Shown here: piece by piece, positions 1-14,800 of the stretch
Position numbering within the stretch: position 1 is the stretch's first letter
Layout of the letters: the number at the start of each line of letters is the position of its first letter
Assembly: GCA_976226885.1 (NCBI GenBank)
Contig: OZ320316.1
Coordinates: forward strand, 63,798,001-63,862,000
DNA: 64,000 nucleotides
Direction of reading: 5' to 3'
Origin: Iphione sp. A-MEVVRFRX5
Lineage: Eukaryota
Notes under the pieces: model-generated
The model's database searches: none
What the model was told of the DNA's origin: nothing
The model's input: the letters and a program-made list of their open reading frames with translations, nothing else
Made by a program: the position numbers and the translations under genes

Positions 1-330
1 TAATCAGTTATCAACTGACTTCATATGGTTATAACATGCTTAGAATATTCTTGGTTGGTAAAATACTAAAGTAACGTCACCAAAGGCTGAGAATTTTACA
101 GTGTCTTTTTTTCTAATCACACTTGGCATCAAAAAGGTCGTAAAATCCAAGAAAACGTCAATGATGTATCACACTGCCTGACGAATTCCCAGCGATAGGA
201 AGGCTGAATCCTTTTCAAAAAACTCCTTAATGACCTGAAAACATCGCAATTTGTATGGCTGAGTTTTCCCTTTTTAAACAAACATGTATATTCGTACACA
301 CTTCAGGAGACATGTGAGGAAGAATATCAC

Positions 331-348
331 TATATATATATATATATA
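331..348. repeat. (TA)9 microsatellite
   Basis: Directly visible. Confidence 0.9.
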
Positions 349-2548
349 CATGACTTTAAAAAGCTCACTGGGGAAAGCTCACGTCACGTCCTCTCCGTAC
401 ATGCACATACATGTATGTGTGTGTCATTACTGGAATGAGTTTGTATGCACTGAAAGGTATTTGTTCGTGACAAGTGCCACAGGTATGTTATCAAGAACCT
501 CTGAAGATTTGCATTTGTAGCACGTCGCTCTTGAATGCCTAATTCGGTGTATTCAAATGTCCATCCACATGTCTATACGTCCAATAGGATTGCAACAAGC
601 AGCCACCCTACACAATTAATTTACATAACATTATATTAATATGGGGGTCTACATGTAGGGCTGTAGAACCGGACCAGTTGACCCCACTGGCACAGTGCTA
701 TGTGTGCTCCATTCATGGACTGTCAAATACATGTACCTGTATATACATATGGATCACACGCTGTAGGCTGGTGGGAGCGCTCTGTCATTACTAGGTCTTC
801 TTGGTGAAATGCTCATCTTCCATAGATTAAAAAAATGATACAGCACGCTTCGCATCGCAAGCAAACCACGATCAATTATATTTCCGTCGGGAAACACTGC
901 TGCTGGCAAGTGTGACGGTTTCCCAGCACGTTGATTGAGCACAAATGCTTATGCGGACCTCTTGTTTGACAACACCCAACGAGCGGTGCGGCTCACCTTT
1001 GGCCTGCTTGGGGTGGTGGTACGTCAGCCGAACGGATGGGGGCCGCTGGCAGGTCCAGCCGCGCCTATACGTGGTCAGGAGTGTGATAAGTGGGCAGCCG
1101 AGCAACACAAAGACTATTTTGTGTGCAGAGGGACTACAAATTCCCTCGGCCAGCAAATCGGAACAGGCTCGGAGGCTCTTTACTAATGGTGGTGGTCTGC
1201 TGGCAGCAGTGGCGGTGGGCGCCGACAATGATCTACAGGCCACGTTACGCCCCAATAGGCGAGTCCAGAGTCCAGCCAGTTGTGTCTTCATAATTGGGCA
1301 CAGTCCCACGATGCGCGAACAAGAGGAAACCTGTGCGTCTCTCTTAAGTAATTGCACGGTGGCTGACACACCATGATGATTTGTGAATGTTAAGAAGGAG
1401 GGGGGCATGGTTATTTAAACAAAGAACGTCTGATTATCCCGCTTTAAAAAACGATTTCAGAAGCATCGTGATCTTTTATGGACTGCTTCAGCAGAAACAT
1501 ATATCATATCTATGATCACATTATACGGTATGTTCGTACAATACCGCCAGTGTATTCTACCAGTTCAATGGACGGAAAGGTTTAAAAGGATTTTCATCTT
1601 TCAACGTATACAGCTAGCGAGCCTGAAATTCTGTTTGTAAGTAGAGGAAAAAAGTGAATAAACATCAAAGAAATTAGAGGAAACGGCTGAGACAAAGGAC
1701 AGATCAAAGAAGCAATTTGAGTGTAATTCTGTGAAGCTTCGAAAATGTATAAACTACGAATATCCGTAGCCCTCCACTGAGATAATCTATTAAGATAACA
1801 CGCTCTGTGATAAGGCTGCAGTGCACGACCTCTTTCGGGCAACTGAAGCATATGAAAGTAATTGACTGCTCTTGTAGAAAGAGGAATGTTCTATGGACCA
1901 CGCCTCTTTGAAAGATAAACAATCTCTAGATTTAAAATGCCAAAGGTGCATCCAGGTTGTTCTTATCGCATCGACAAAACGTGCACATGGAATATTATGA
2001 GGACAGCGACTAAACCGGAAATTCATCACACGATTCTAAAAAATGCTGGTAAATATACCCCATTTGAGCATGTGGAACTTCCAATTAATTTCCTCAAAAG
2101 TCCAGTAGGAAACCATGTAAACTCGCAACCGTGTAAATTTCTATTAGAACGTATGAAGAAGCCTCCATATTTTCAGATTATATAAAACGTAGTTTTGCAG
2201 CTATGCACAACTTACTTAAATGCTCTTTCAGGAAAAAGTGAATGACTAATTTTCAAATCATACTGACGGTTTGCAACGGTTTGTGAGAATTGTTGAAACC
2301 AAAAGCCATTGTTTTCTGGTAATGATCTGAATAAATCCCATGCCAGAGTGAAAGCAAAGAAGACAGAAAGACACAGGCAAGAAACAAAGACAACAGGCAG
2401 GCAGAAAACAATGTCGACAAATATGGAACGGAATACCGCGGGATGGGGGAAGCCATTCAGTTCAAGACACGCCGTGTCCTACGAAAGAGAGGAAAATGAT
2501 ACTGGGACGAAATGTAAAAGGTAATCAGACATTATTAGTAAGGCTCAC

Positions 2549-2824
2549 CAGTCATGATGGAGTAAACGATGACTGCGTTGTTGCCCGTGTCCTTGTCGGT
2601 GGCCAGCACCTGTACGACGGCCGTTCCCACGACCGCCGTCTCAAAGATGCGCGCCTCGTAGGCAGGTGTGACGAACTGGGGTGCGTGGTCATTGTGGTCC
2701 TGCACGTTGATGACAACACGGGCCAAGTTGCGCTTCGAGGGCGTGCCCTGGTCACGCACCATGACGACCAGCTCGTGCTGCCTCACAGCCTCACGGTTGA
2801 GTGGCTGCAGTGTGGTGATCACAC
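2549..2824 (-). CDS. FAT1: Fat cadherin exon, 276 nt: (G)VITTLQPLNREAVRQHELVVMVRDQG...QDHNDHAPQF...LATDKDTGNNAVIVYSIMT
   Basis: Acceptor ttcttgccgtgtacAG, donor GTGAGC; phase 1-1; DHNDHAPQF and ATDKD motifs. The next exon must lie left of position 1, as no cadherin-coding sequence is visible in 1-2548. Confidence 0.95.
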
Positions 2825-5800
2825 CTGTACACGGCAAGAAAATGGTACATGTTTTTTTTATTTTTGAACCTGACCCATTCGAATGGCAGACACGCTCAGA
2901 GCAAAAGGGCACCAAACACATCAGCTGGGACCACAGGGGAGGTAGGTCATGGGAATTTAATGACTTAACGTGTTAAGGTAAATGTAAAAAGAGCTATAAT
3001 TCCAATCAAGAGCAGTGCAAACTACGTGCTCACTCTAACGCCATTTTTCCGCAAGAGTTGTGGTGCTTGGACAAAGGAATATCTAACTTTACGGTGTTTT
3101 ACGCTTCGACTACTTATTTTTAGAACGTATCGTTTACGAGCCTGTCCACAAGACAAGTACATGTACATAAAGAACTGCTCAATGGATTATTAGAAAACAC
3201 AACACAAATCAACTACGTTATCTTCTTGTCCATGCGGTAGGTATCAGTTATACTTCAGAAAGTAAGTGTGAAGCCGTGGCCAACCTGTTCAGATAAGATA
3301 CCCAAGAGGGCATTTTATAAATTAAAGCACAGGCTATGCCACCAAGCGGAGTAAGAATCTACAAAAGAATTCTTTACATAACTCAAAAAAAAATTGGAAA
3401 CATACTAATTAACGAAAGAGTACGTTTGCAAATTAAATTCTGAAAATTCCGCGGCTAAAAATAATGCAAATCAAGTTAGCTAAAGACACAGCCCCGTCTG
3501 TAGAAAATAAGGTATCAGTTTTAGCACCAGAGGCTAGGGAGAAACTACAAAGAAGGAAGAACTAAAATAGAGGGTACACCTAGTATACATATACATGGTG
3601 GAGTAACATGAACACAAGGACAGGTTCAGCTATTTGCAGGAGCTTCCGCATCGGTAGCTCTCACGGAACCACTCCTGGCTACCACCCGCACTGCTGCACT
3701 CCATAGCTATAGGATAGGTTCAGTCGGAGTGGAAACAGTCAACACCTTGACCCCTGTCTTAATAGTTCCCGTATGAGAATAATTCTTCTAACTCGAGCAT
3801 CTGTACTGCATCACATTTTTCGAGTTAGAAACGACACTCATGTGCAGCGAGAAATCCAAGAGGTTATGCTGTGGTTTGCTACTGGTTATATTTTTCAAAT
3901 ATATATTCATACATACATACATATGCAGGTTAAAAAGGAGCATAGCAAATTCAAGCGAGATGTACAGTTTTGCTGTATGTGCGTAGCACGGCAGTGCGGG
4001 GCGGTGTGGGAAGGCAAAGTGTCGATGACAGTGCAAAAATGAAGGGCCGCACAGAACATTCTTGGACACGCTATTCACAAAATATGCCTCTAGTACAGAA
4101 ACGATAGTCAGAATGAAAATAATGACACATTCTGACAGAGTGAAAGGAGCCTTTCGGAAGGGAAATTACTAGTACTCTCCCAAGAGTCGTCTGAATATGG
4201 GATTAAATTAGATAAAAACGGTTTGTCTGGATGGGCTTACAGAATAATGACAGATCACTACTACACTGGAGGCTTGCTGAATGCTCTGTGCGTATAGGAG
4301 TGTGAGTGGTGAGGGGGGTGGGTTACCTTTCCAGTTGCCATGCTCGTCTGAAAGGAAAGTGACAATGATTGTGAGGAGGGGGCGTGGCGACTTTCATTTT
4401 GGGAAGGATTGGGGAGGAGAAGCTTACGTGTACCACAAAAAGGACACAACTACTGAGTGGCTTTGGTTCTACTCGAATGAATGTGTATCCTTCACACGTC
4501 AGGATGAGTTGGCGTGGAATGTTGCAAATTAAGGAATTTCACCTTGAACGGATTTCCTAATATTGGAACTGCATTCATGGGCTACTTAATGGTAATTCTG
4601 AAGGCGATTATTTCATACCTAAAGCATTCAAAAGAAATTAAATTCATCATGCAAGATTTCCGATTTCACTGGTTAGTCGATTAGTAAATCCGAAGGGAAT
4701 ATGGTCGACTTAAAAGTAAATTTGTCAGGAAGGGGCAGAGTGAACCTTCGGAAAGATCCGACTCTAGACGACATGATCTACGCTCTAGGAGTCTAAAAGG
4801 TGCAACTCTGTGTACGACAAAGGCTAGTCCGTAATATAAACATAAACAGTGCTTCACATTAACACTGAGGATGAACAGATAACTTGTAAGGGGAAAAATG
4901 TCGTCTAAATATGATCTGGAATCAAACGAAAACTTATCTGTGTGATATCTGTGTGTAGTTCTTAGCAATCGTCTGTAAGCGTCTATCATATGCGTAGCTT
5001 AATTTTTATATACTACTAACATCGCTTTATGAGTGGCCAGCATAGTGAACTGCATTACGCTTTGTAATTAACGTATATCATAGTATGGTGACACTTGCAT
5101 TTTTAGAATCTTATTCATGGTCCTAAATAGCATTTTTAGAACCTTATTCACAGTCCTAAATTAGAACCTTATTCATAGTCCAAAATAGCAATCACGATTC
5201 ATTTGCTTTCCTTCATAAGATTCAATACGACGAGGAAGGCATTAAGTACTGACGGCCATGTAACAGGAAATTGAGCAATATGTTATCTCCAGAAAACTAA
5301 TCTTCTCGATGGCTAGATTGATTCTGTCACGTCTAATTTGCTAAATGTCTGCAGAGACGCTTTGGGTACATCTTAACGTTAATGCTCGCCTCTTTAATGC
5401 TAAGGTTAGAAATAATATGCAACGGAGGCAAATACTATATACCGCAACCACATCTGCATGGATATAACCTACAGTATGTACAGCAATCACGCGGGAGTTA
5501 AAGCAATATTTCGCCTTACCAAGTTATTGTGCACCTCTTTCTCTTACACAATCACGAAGAGGAGGTATTTCATTGATAAATCCTATGAACATTCACGTGG
5601 GTTTGCTCAAGGCAATGTTTAACCTTCTTAAACATTAATATACATATAACAGAATTGGTCGCTATATTCAATCGGCAATAAAGGAAAGCGCATCTTGCAT
5701 CTGTATTATCAGGTGTCAGAACTGAGTTAGCATGGTTCTCACTAACCTGTCTCTGAGTTGATCTGAAACTTGGTTTTAGAGGAGAGGTCAGTAAAGGAGT

Positions 5801-8800
5801 GGATGGTGTAGAAGAGACGCGAGTCCTCGTCCCGGTCAGTGGCCACCACCTGGAGAACGCTGGTGCCTGGAGGCGCGTTCTCCGGGACACTCTCGTCATA
5901 GACACTGGATGTAAACTGTGGCCGATTGTCATTTATATCCAACACATTTATGTAGACCTACAATAAAAAGAGTAAAATGCATTTGTATGAACATTGGTCA
6001 CTTCTTCTGAAACTGTTGCACCATTTTGGACTAGCTCATGTGCTGAACTGGGTACTCATTCAAGAATCTAGAAACCACATGTGCATTTGTAACCAGCTCT
6101 ATCATCATTTTCATACATCTCCTGTGTTTTTACACCCAATGTGAAATTCTGATGAATAAGAGTATGAAACTTAATCAATGTAAGTAACAGGAAAAATAGT
6201 CATATAGTCATTTCTTCCAAATTTCATCAGGCATTTATACCTCTGGAATCAAAATATACTTAGATGAGTTCCATAATGTCACATCGATGCAAAAAGCTTG
6301 GACAGAGGCACGTTATTTCGTTATAAAGTTTTATGATACATATATTAATTTCACTTTATTTACTAGTAAATCGTTCGGCATTTTAGCGATACAGGTAAGT
6401 GCCCGTAAGATACAGGTAGGTTGTCACTTCTGTTTTCGCTTAACGAAAAACAGTCTGAAAGTGGTCTCCGACCACAAAGTTTCTAGCCATAATCAACTTG
6501 GTTAAAAAGAAGCTTCTTTATCAGAGCATTCAATACGAGAGGTAAACCCGTACTGTCACATTCTGCCACCTACGACATCGACGTTCAGCCCGTACATACA
6601 TACAATCCCACAAGCCCATGTTTTCAACTCACCTCTCACTTACAGATTTTGTTTACCTCATCATCAACAAAATGCATTGTAAGATATATACAATACCCAA
6701 TCTATTATACAACTCTGCAAAAAGAAATATATACACATAGTCATATTCCTTTCCGTGTGGATTCGCATAAGAGACCTTGTATAGGGCAGACAATGTCCTA
6801 GGGCGCGATGGTGGAGAGTTATGGACAGGTCTGCAGGGTTAATCTTACCCATGTGAGCGTCTGGTGGGTGCAATCCGACGCCTCGATGGTAAGGTTGTAG
6901 GAGCGCCGGGCCTCCCAGTCTAAAGTACCAGCCACCAGTATATTCCCGGTTTCCGTATCAATGCTGAACTTGTTCTCCTCGTTTCCATCTGCAATGATGG
7001 GAAAGGGCCATCCGATATGAACATATTACAGACTATCGCCGCCTTTCTGGTGTTTTTTTTTAATCAGGAAACAATAATGTTATACAGTGGAAACAGTCTG
7101 ACAAGTATTTGTAAACACAAGTACATGTACACTGTAAATCCAAATAAATGAATCTATTAAACAATGCAACAGAGTGAGGAGAACAACTGCACAGAACAAC
7201 TTCGAGCACGAATATGTACATAATGAAATCATCCCTCGAGTGCTCGTTAATGTCTAGGAACGTACATATATTATAGTGTTTGATGACTGACTAGCAAGCG
7301 ATTGTTAGTAATGATATGGGGCTGAACTTTCTTATAAATATTACTATACCATGTTGGGGAGATAATGGCAAGGGGCAGGGGACCAAACATAAAAAGACAG
7401 ACACACGGTTTTAATTTATTTCATAACGTATCCCGTCATGACAACTTTTGCGTCGACAGCGTTAGCTCAAACACAATCAATCAACTGGCAGTATTCTTGA
7501 AACGTCTGAGGTGAATGTTTTCAGTCGGCGACTGAAATCTTTCAGCTTAAGTACATATCACTGACAGTTAAATGAGCTAAGGGTTGATTCTCAATCCAAT
7601 CAATCATGTTTAATCCCCCTTCAAATAAATGGAGTATCAACCGTGGGAGGAGCAAGGCTAAGAGTTGAGAATGACAGTCACATTGATCAATGATATCACA
7701 ATCCAAAGAAATTTCAGTCTATTGGGAAATACACGACTCATGAGGTTTGGATACTGTAAAGAGAAAACAAGAACCTTCTTGGAAGGAAAGATTAATCTAA
7801 TAGGCTAATCAAGTGATAATCCTGTCTTTGATTCGTTCTCTATATTCCTTTTCTATCTTTTCCTTCAACCGAGCACCAGCAGTGGGAAGACGACTGTCAA
7901 CCTTGGATCTTACCGCATTCATGGAGAATTTTCTCATGTAGAGAGATCTACAAAGCGAGATCTGCTTAACTCCACTGAACGAGTGGTCTCCAGATGGAGG
8001 TTCTAATAGCTCCATTCGAACTCATCTCAGCCAATAGACCAAAGACGCGGTGATAGAGGGCATTTGCGGACGCTGGACTGACCCACAACTGGGTAGCCTC
8101 TAAGGCTAAAGACTGAGACAGTTGCGACCTACTGCCCCATCAAGACCTTTCTGGCCGCGGGCGATGTCTTGGTCGGCGTGTTCGGACCAGTCGTCCCTTG
8201 TATGGACCGAACCCACGTGGCTTCAATCAGGCATGATTACCTTACCTTCAATAAGAAGTCTCCGTGGCGATTTGTAATAGAGACGGTATGCGGGTTTGTC
8301 ACAGGGGTTGGGATGGGGGAGCTGGGTGAATAAGAAAGACAAATGGCCGACTGACTGTCCCATCGACTCTCGACTGACCGACGGCCAAACATCCAACCAG
8401 CCAACCAGACAGACGCAAGTACAAACACACAAAAAACAGACAGGCCAGAGTGGGGCTGGGGTGAGCAGTGAGCTAGACGGGCGGACCAAACAACCAACCA
8501 CGGTTTAGTAGTTGATAGAAAAGACATATAGTCACAACCACCAGCCCTACTGGGATGATCATGTAGAAACTGCCAAGGAATGGCAGTAAATTATAGCAGC
8601 AAACAAGACCTGGGAGCCTTGCTTATCAGGACGGTCATCTGGGAGGGAATCCATCTCAACCCTACGCCTCAGTGAGGTCTGCCCCTATTTCCTGACCGGT
8701 AACTGTACACGCCGATCAGGCGGGCGGGGAGAGCGCATCCTATCCTAACGACGCGCGCCCCCAACCGACCGCCCGGTGACCCGCTTAGGCAGGGATCAGC

Positions 8801-11800
8801 ATCGGGGTGTAGCGGGTCTGATGATCACACGCACCTCCCCAGAGGAGCCTATCACAACTTCCAAGACCGCTCCACCTCTGCGATCCGTTTCCTACCTCAA
8901 TCCTCAGCGCCCAATCCCTCCGGCGCTATAAAATGCCCGATCAGAACGGGCCTGTCCTCCAGCCCTTCCGAGCGAGGTCGAAAAATATAGGCATGATTTA
9001 CACCGGTTTTTTTTTCACTTAAAAAATACATTCCCGATGCATAAACGGCAGTTATAAAACTATTTTGCTTGCGGTTTACACTATATCAATCAGATCCGAT
9101 TAGCTCAGTCGGAAGATGTCCTTTATGCAATACGGCACCCGAGGGTTGCCTAGCGCACTTCCGGAGTGTAAACCTCACATAAGCTCCGAGGCCGGAGCCC
9201 GGTCCCGCCGGGGACGGCGGGTCCCGATGGGTTTCTTGATGGAACGGGCGGCCACTGATCCGTCAGACTTGTGGTCGCAGTAATAAGGACTCTTTTATCG
9301 ACGTGGCTCATGACAAATGGTGGATGCCATTGCGAAGGAGAGAGGATGCCAGCGAGGGAAGGATTGGGCGGAGGGGAAGCGGCAGACAATAAGGGCGGGG
9401 GAAGGCTGGAAAATGAGTTATACGGATACCCCCAAAAAAGTTCCTATACAGGATGGCGTGAGAAAGTGGGACAGAATAACCAGTAGCATTGGAGAGACCA
9501 ATGCAAAGTAGCATTAGACAAAAATACAAATATATGGACAATCTTATGAGAATCAAGAAAATGCAATGATAGCAGTGGGGCATTAGGAATGTTAATGCAC
9601 TGATTTGAGGGGGGCACATCTTATTTCAGTTCTTTCAACTAATGTCTAGGAACAGGTCTATATTGGTCTAGTAAGATTTATATGTATAAACAAGTAGATT
9701 TATAGCGTGCACCAGCTATCTCGCGTATATTTACATCTATTTACCTGTATGGAGTCAGATTTTTAAAAACTGAACTGTATGGCAAGGCTTCTGTTAAGAA
9801 GGCCGGTGATCACATAGTGAAAACCCTCCACTATTTATTCATACTATATAATACATTGCCGTACTGTAAGTACACTGTCAAGACGGCTTCCGTCCGTTGC
9901 TGTCAAACGACCTAGCATGATCACTGATGCATCCATTAAGTTCATCTTGCTCTTACGCTCCATTGTTGAAAAAAGTCCTTCGATTCTGTGACTAATACTC
10001 CTTTGATTACTCTAGCAGAACGTATAAACTACCCAATAGTTGCCATGGAGTGAGCAAGGCTCTTGATGTTCATGCTTACCCCTCGGCCAGATGAGGTTCT
10101 GTGACCCAAGCGACCCTTCACATGGCGTCCGTCCTTGACGCCTTAAGGGTGTTATAGAGGGCTGCGCCCTGGCGGTGATTCATGCATGTCTCCGTATGCC
10201 ACGGTCGTGTCGACCACAGCAAACGGGCATATGGGGCCAGCAGAAAATCTCTAGAGGTGAGGGGGCCATTCGTATCGTAACATACATGTACGTGCAACTC
10301 CGACCATAATAACTAGGTGGTTGCTGTTTTCTTCCTTTCCCCGCGCGTTTCCATTTTTAAACAGAAATCTGTCGTTGAGAAAGTTTACGGTGCAAGCATT
10401 TGCCACTGACACTAATTGTAGCCCGATAAATCAATAGAAATAATGCATCGAGTCGTCCTAAGCGGTAAAAGACGCACGATTCCATCCTATTCAGATTAGC
10501 TGTTATTGCATCTCGGAGAATGTTGTGAATATGAAACAGCAAGATAAAGAGATAAAACATGGAATCCCAAATGTCCCATCCCATCGAGAATCGGCCGCGC
10601 CCCAAGCCCCAGGCTTAGCTTCTATATTTACATGCGGTCAGGTAGAAAAGACTGTTAACTGCACACCGATGCCCGCCTTACATCAGGTAGATTACTACAG
10701 TCTCTCATCACATCCGCCTGGCAACTCCCCTTGTCGGGCTCTCGGGGCGCAGCCTGAAGGCGAGGCGTTAAGCTGCAGCGCGGGCCACGTTGCTTTACTG
10801 CGGATAGGGGAGGCCAGGACGCCTAATACAGCACCGGCAAATTATCACACGACTCGGGAGTAAATAACACATCGTTATGCCAGCCGACGGTGATGAAGCA
10901 CCGGCACAGAGTCGGCTCTAATCGTGCTCGGAGGGTTGGTCGCTCTGATCAGGTCCCTCCCTTCCTCAGGCATTTGAGGAGCTGCTCTGGCCGCGAGTGG
11001 CTCGGGAGCGCCTTCGACGCTACTAGTTTACAACCTGCCTATCAATATGGCCTGTGTTTAAGGAAACGGCGTTGACGGGAAGAGGGGCATAGCGCGACAG
11101 CTGTTGCTATCATAAAGTGCTGCGGCCTACCAAGGTTGTACATCAAGCTGCTGTCAACACTAAACAGACTCACACGCCCATCTAACACCTCAGGACCAGT
11201 AAGTTATTTATCACTAACGGCATGGTCAGGCTGGAGGTCAACTCCTTTTAATAAATTTTAAACAAGTGAAAACCTGTCAACAGGCCAGTCATTCCAATAA
11301 CCACGGCACAACTGCCTTATTTGATAACGGATTGTTCACTATTCTACATGGCTGGTCAGACTCTTAATATCAGTGTGCAAACACGCACTCATTCCACCTG
11401 ACAATTTCGAGACTTCAAGAAACAGTGTAGAATTCTTTTTTGTCAAGACGGTTTGCCTCGGGATTCCGAAGAACGCCCCAATGCTTACTTCACTGAACAA
11501 GCATGCTTGATCAAAGAGTCTTTAGGTAGATTGTGCCTGCCGTTTTCAACCACAGAAAACAATTACTGGTTCACCTAGTGCATAGAAATCTAAGCACAGC
11601 AAAGAGCCTTTTCCCGCTTTTGATACGGTGACCACGTGAGCTCTGCCTGTAGGTTCATACACAGCGATGGAGCTGCTCACCACTCAGGTGGTTAGAACCT
11701 GGAGACAGGAACAGTCATCTGTTCGGCAGCTTACTGATGAAGGCACAAATTCAGACCGACAGCTTTAGTATAACAGTTTCTTCCCGTCTATTCCCCCCCC

Positions 11801-14800
11801 CCAGTCTTCCTTGCCTTATTTAACACCCAAAGCATATAGATACACCTGTGGGTCCAATGCGGCAGCCTTGATGGGATGAAAGCAGCCTGTGTGGCTTTCG
11901 CACAGGTCTGGCGCCCGGTGGACGCTAATAAAGCCCTTGGGCGCCAGCACCCGACGGCTAAGTGCGCGCCCTGGGCAATGCTAAGGAAACCCCCTGCAGC
12001 GAGTTTGGACGTACAAGCTGGATGGGGAGGTTAGATAAAACTAAAAGCCAAGCACTGTCAGACTGAGGCCGGTGTCCGGAGACCGTCCAATTGGCCATTC
12101 TGGTCAAGGAGCATGATGGAGAGGTAGCCATTAGGCTCGGAGATGGCTCCCCTTGTCACCGACCGCAAGGAGCAGAATGTGGTGGGATGGAGTTCATCTC
12201 TGAAGCAGCCGAGCTAAAATTCCTCTCTGACGAAACAAGCAGCATTGATCTAGCTTATGGGTCACTGTTAACCTTTTCCCCCACTTTGCGTGCTGCATAC
12301 AAAAGATAATCTAATAAATGTCTGCTAAAAAAAGGTAGGGCTCCTGATCGTACAGATGCGATAGTATAGTAACAACAAAAATGGAAAGTATTAGCATTTT
12401 TTTCATCACATTCCCTTCAAACGTGCCTAGCGACTTGACTCTTGCTCGTATTGTGAAAGTTGGTGCATTGTTGTTCTTCTCGACATGTAAGTGGAATAAG
12501 CCATCCCTGCGTTAAAAAGAGAGAAAACAAAAAAGTCTCTTTCAACTATTTCTATCGCGCTGAAGTCTTATATTTTTTTTGTGGTGAATGGCGCTAAAAA
12601 GTAGTGCGTCTCTGAGCGCGATAAGCCGGGACTGCGTCTCTGTGTGCAGACGTGAGGAAAATCCCTGCTGATACTTCCTTGAAATGGACGAGTAGATTCA
12701 ATTACAGGACTGATTGGGTTTCTTCAGAGCCTCCTCTAATTAGACCAAACAATCATTTGTAACATAAATCAACTGCGAGAGAATAATCCGTCCACTTCGA
12801 AAGCTTCCGGTTGAAGCAAATTATTTAATTTTCCGATGTTATCACTGGCATTGGTTGGCCTACCTGCTTTGAGCAGAACTGAAAGCTGTTTTATCGAATG
12901 CCCTGCAACTTCGCTTTAGTAGCCGTTGCCATTACTGCCGAGGTAAACACTATAGGCAGCACAGCCGTCCGACCTCACGAAGTGGTCAGGCAGCGTTTGA
13001 GTCACCGCATTTGATCGTCTGAAATGGGTTTACAGAAACCGGTATTCTCCTTGAGACCCTCAACAGTTCCAGCCGGTCAACCCGTTTGCAACTCAACGAA
13101 GGACCCTGGGCAACAGCTAATCATCATTCCCTTTCCAAAGGCCAGATATTTCCAAAAGAAAACCCCACCAGATGTATGACTTACGACACTAACTCTCTCA
13201 TTGATTAAGCGTTTAACTAGATAAGAAAGGAGGTTATCAATTGGTGGTTGGATCTGTCACAATCTGGCCCGGAACAAGTACATTTAAATGATGGAAATAT
13301 TTTTCTATCGTTTGGGCAGATTATAACAGGATGCAAGTGAGCGATTAGAGGCCACACACGAAGCCGTTGCTCACTCGATCATCTACAAGAGTTTGGTTTT
13401 CTTTCGATTTAATAAGAATTTACGCTTCGTTGTACCTTTCAGTTTCCAGATGGATAGCTTTGTTATCACAAGCGTAATCTGTAATCCTCCCATTAATTAG
13501 TAAATATTCTCGGTGCGGAGATCACCAATGGGAAAGAGGAGGGGGGAGGTGTCGCTGGGCGCGTACTATGTATGAGTGATACGAAGGAGTGCAGGATTAG
13601 TTTACCTTTCCAGGCTGTATAGCTCGGAAATTCATCATAAGCAATGGTGAAAAAGACAAGGTGCCAGGCATGCAATCATTCACGGTCCCAGTACTTCAAA
13701 ACTACAGAAACTCGTAGACAGAGTATTTAAGCCCTAATAACACAAACGAAGCTCACTACTATCGGTTAACTGCTGCCGAGCTCTTGGACCTTGGCCTTCC
13801 TCAGATTTATAGTCTCGTAACTAGTGAGGACCATTCCTCATTGCTTGTCTTCACCCATAACGTACCGTTTCGTCTACGGCAAAGCCACTTTCTATCGCAA
13901 CGTTTGTTTGTTATACTGTTGCTCTTACTTCTAACTTTCTACTTGTGCTTCTTATTTTCTCCCCTTCCCTCGACTATTAGGCATCTCCAACTCTTCCCTG
14001 TCTAATGTTAGTCGCATCCAACCATACTCATCCAATTCAACCTAACTCACTCGCTCCCTGCCCATGCCTTCTCCAGTCGATCAAATTTATCCCCATCCAC
14101 AACCTCTTCCACCCGAGCTTCCCTATGTCATTCGTTGGAACGACCTGGCTGACTGGCAATTTGATTTCTTCGTCGTTTGGATATCCCCTTTATGTTTATC
14201 AGCTTTCGCCAAATAGAGACTCGATGGCTGCCCTAAAGCACTCACGTCTGGGAGCGGACACGACCCGCCGTGACCGCTGGAGAAATTCAGACTTTAATAC
14301 ATGGGATCGATCGCTATGAAACATTCGTCCGGGTCGACATGCTGTGGACGGAGCGGCTGTCACAGGACGCTGATTGGCATGGGTTTAGCATGACAAATAA
14401 CTCATCGACACCACTGTTTTATAGCGACCTCTTCTGCCTCCTGTTCCTATGGCACTTTTATTTGGTTCTGAATCACCGCTGTTTCGGCCGGATTACGGGC
14501 AGGATGCTGCCTCAATATCCCCATGAAAAGCCCCTCGGACTTGGCGGGCCCCGGCTGCAGGCCAAGTAGGCCTACCATGAGCACCATCAGATAGCGCTAT
14601 TCCAATAGCCAATTAAATGTTCCCATTCCGAGAAAAAACACAAGGCCCCAACGCGAATTTTCAGTTACATAATATTAAATCCATAAGAGCCACCAGGCAG
14701 ATCTTCTGCCGCTTGAAAGATCTCAACAAGACGCAAAATTAAGAAACCTTTGTACATGTATAAACTTTCGCGGCGGCCGCAACAATATATTTCTCTTCGG

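Noticed and set aside
872-1408. Overlapping 143-178 aa ORFs where the next Fat exon might be expected
   Set aside because: No cadherin motifs in any frame. Splicing into the CAG at 1333-1331 in the required phase reaches a stop after about 27 codons. The next true exon lies outside the window.
8240-8262. Minus-strand cttcttattgAAG|GTAAGG in the 8.3-kb intron
   Set aside because: AAG is a rare acceptor and the pyrimidine tract is short; not convincing as a ratchet point.
14100-14200. PYVIRWNDL resembling the LINE WNxL motif
   Set aside because: The flanking residues lack the rest of the CR1/L2 C-terminal pattern (no FK motif); not supportable.
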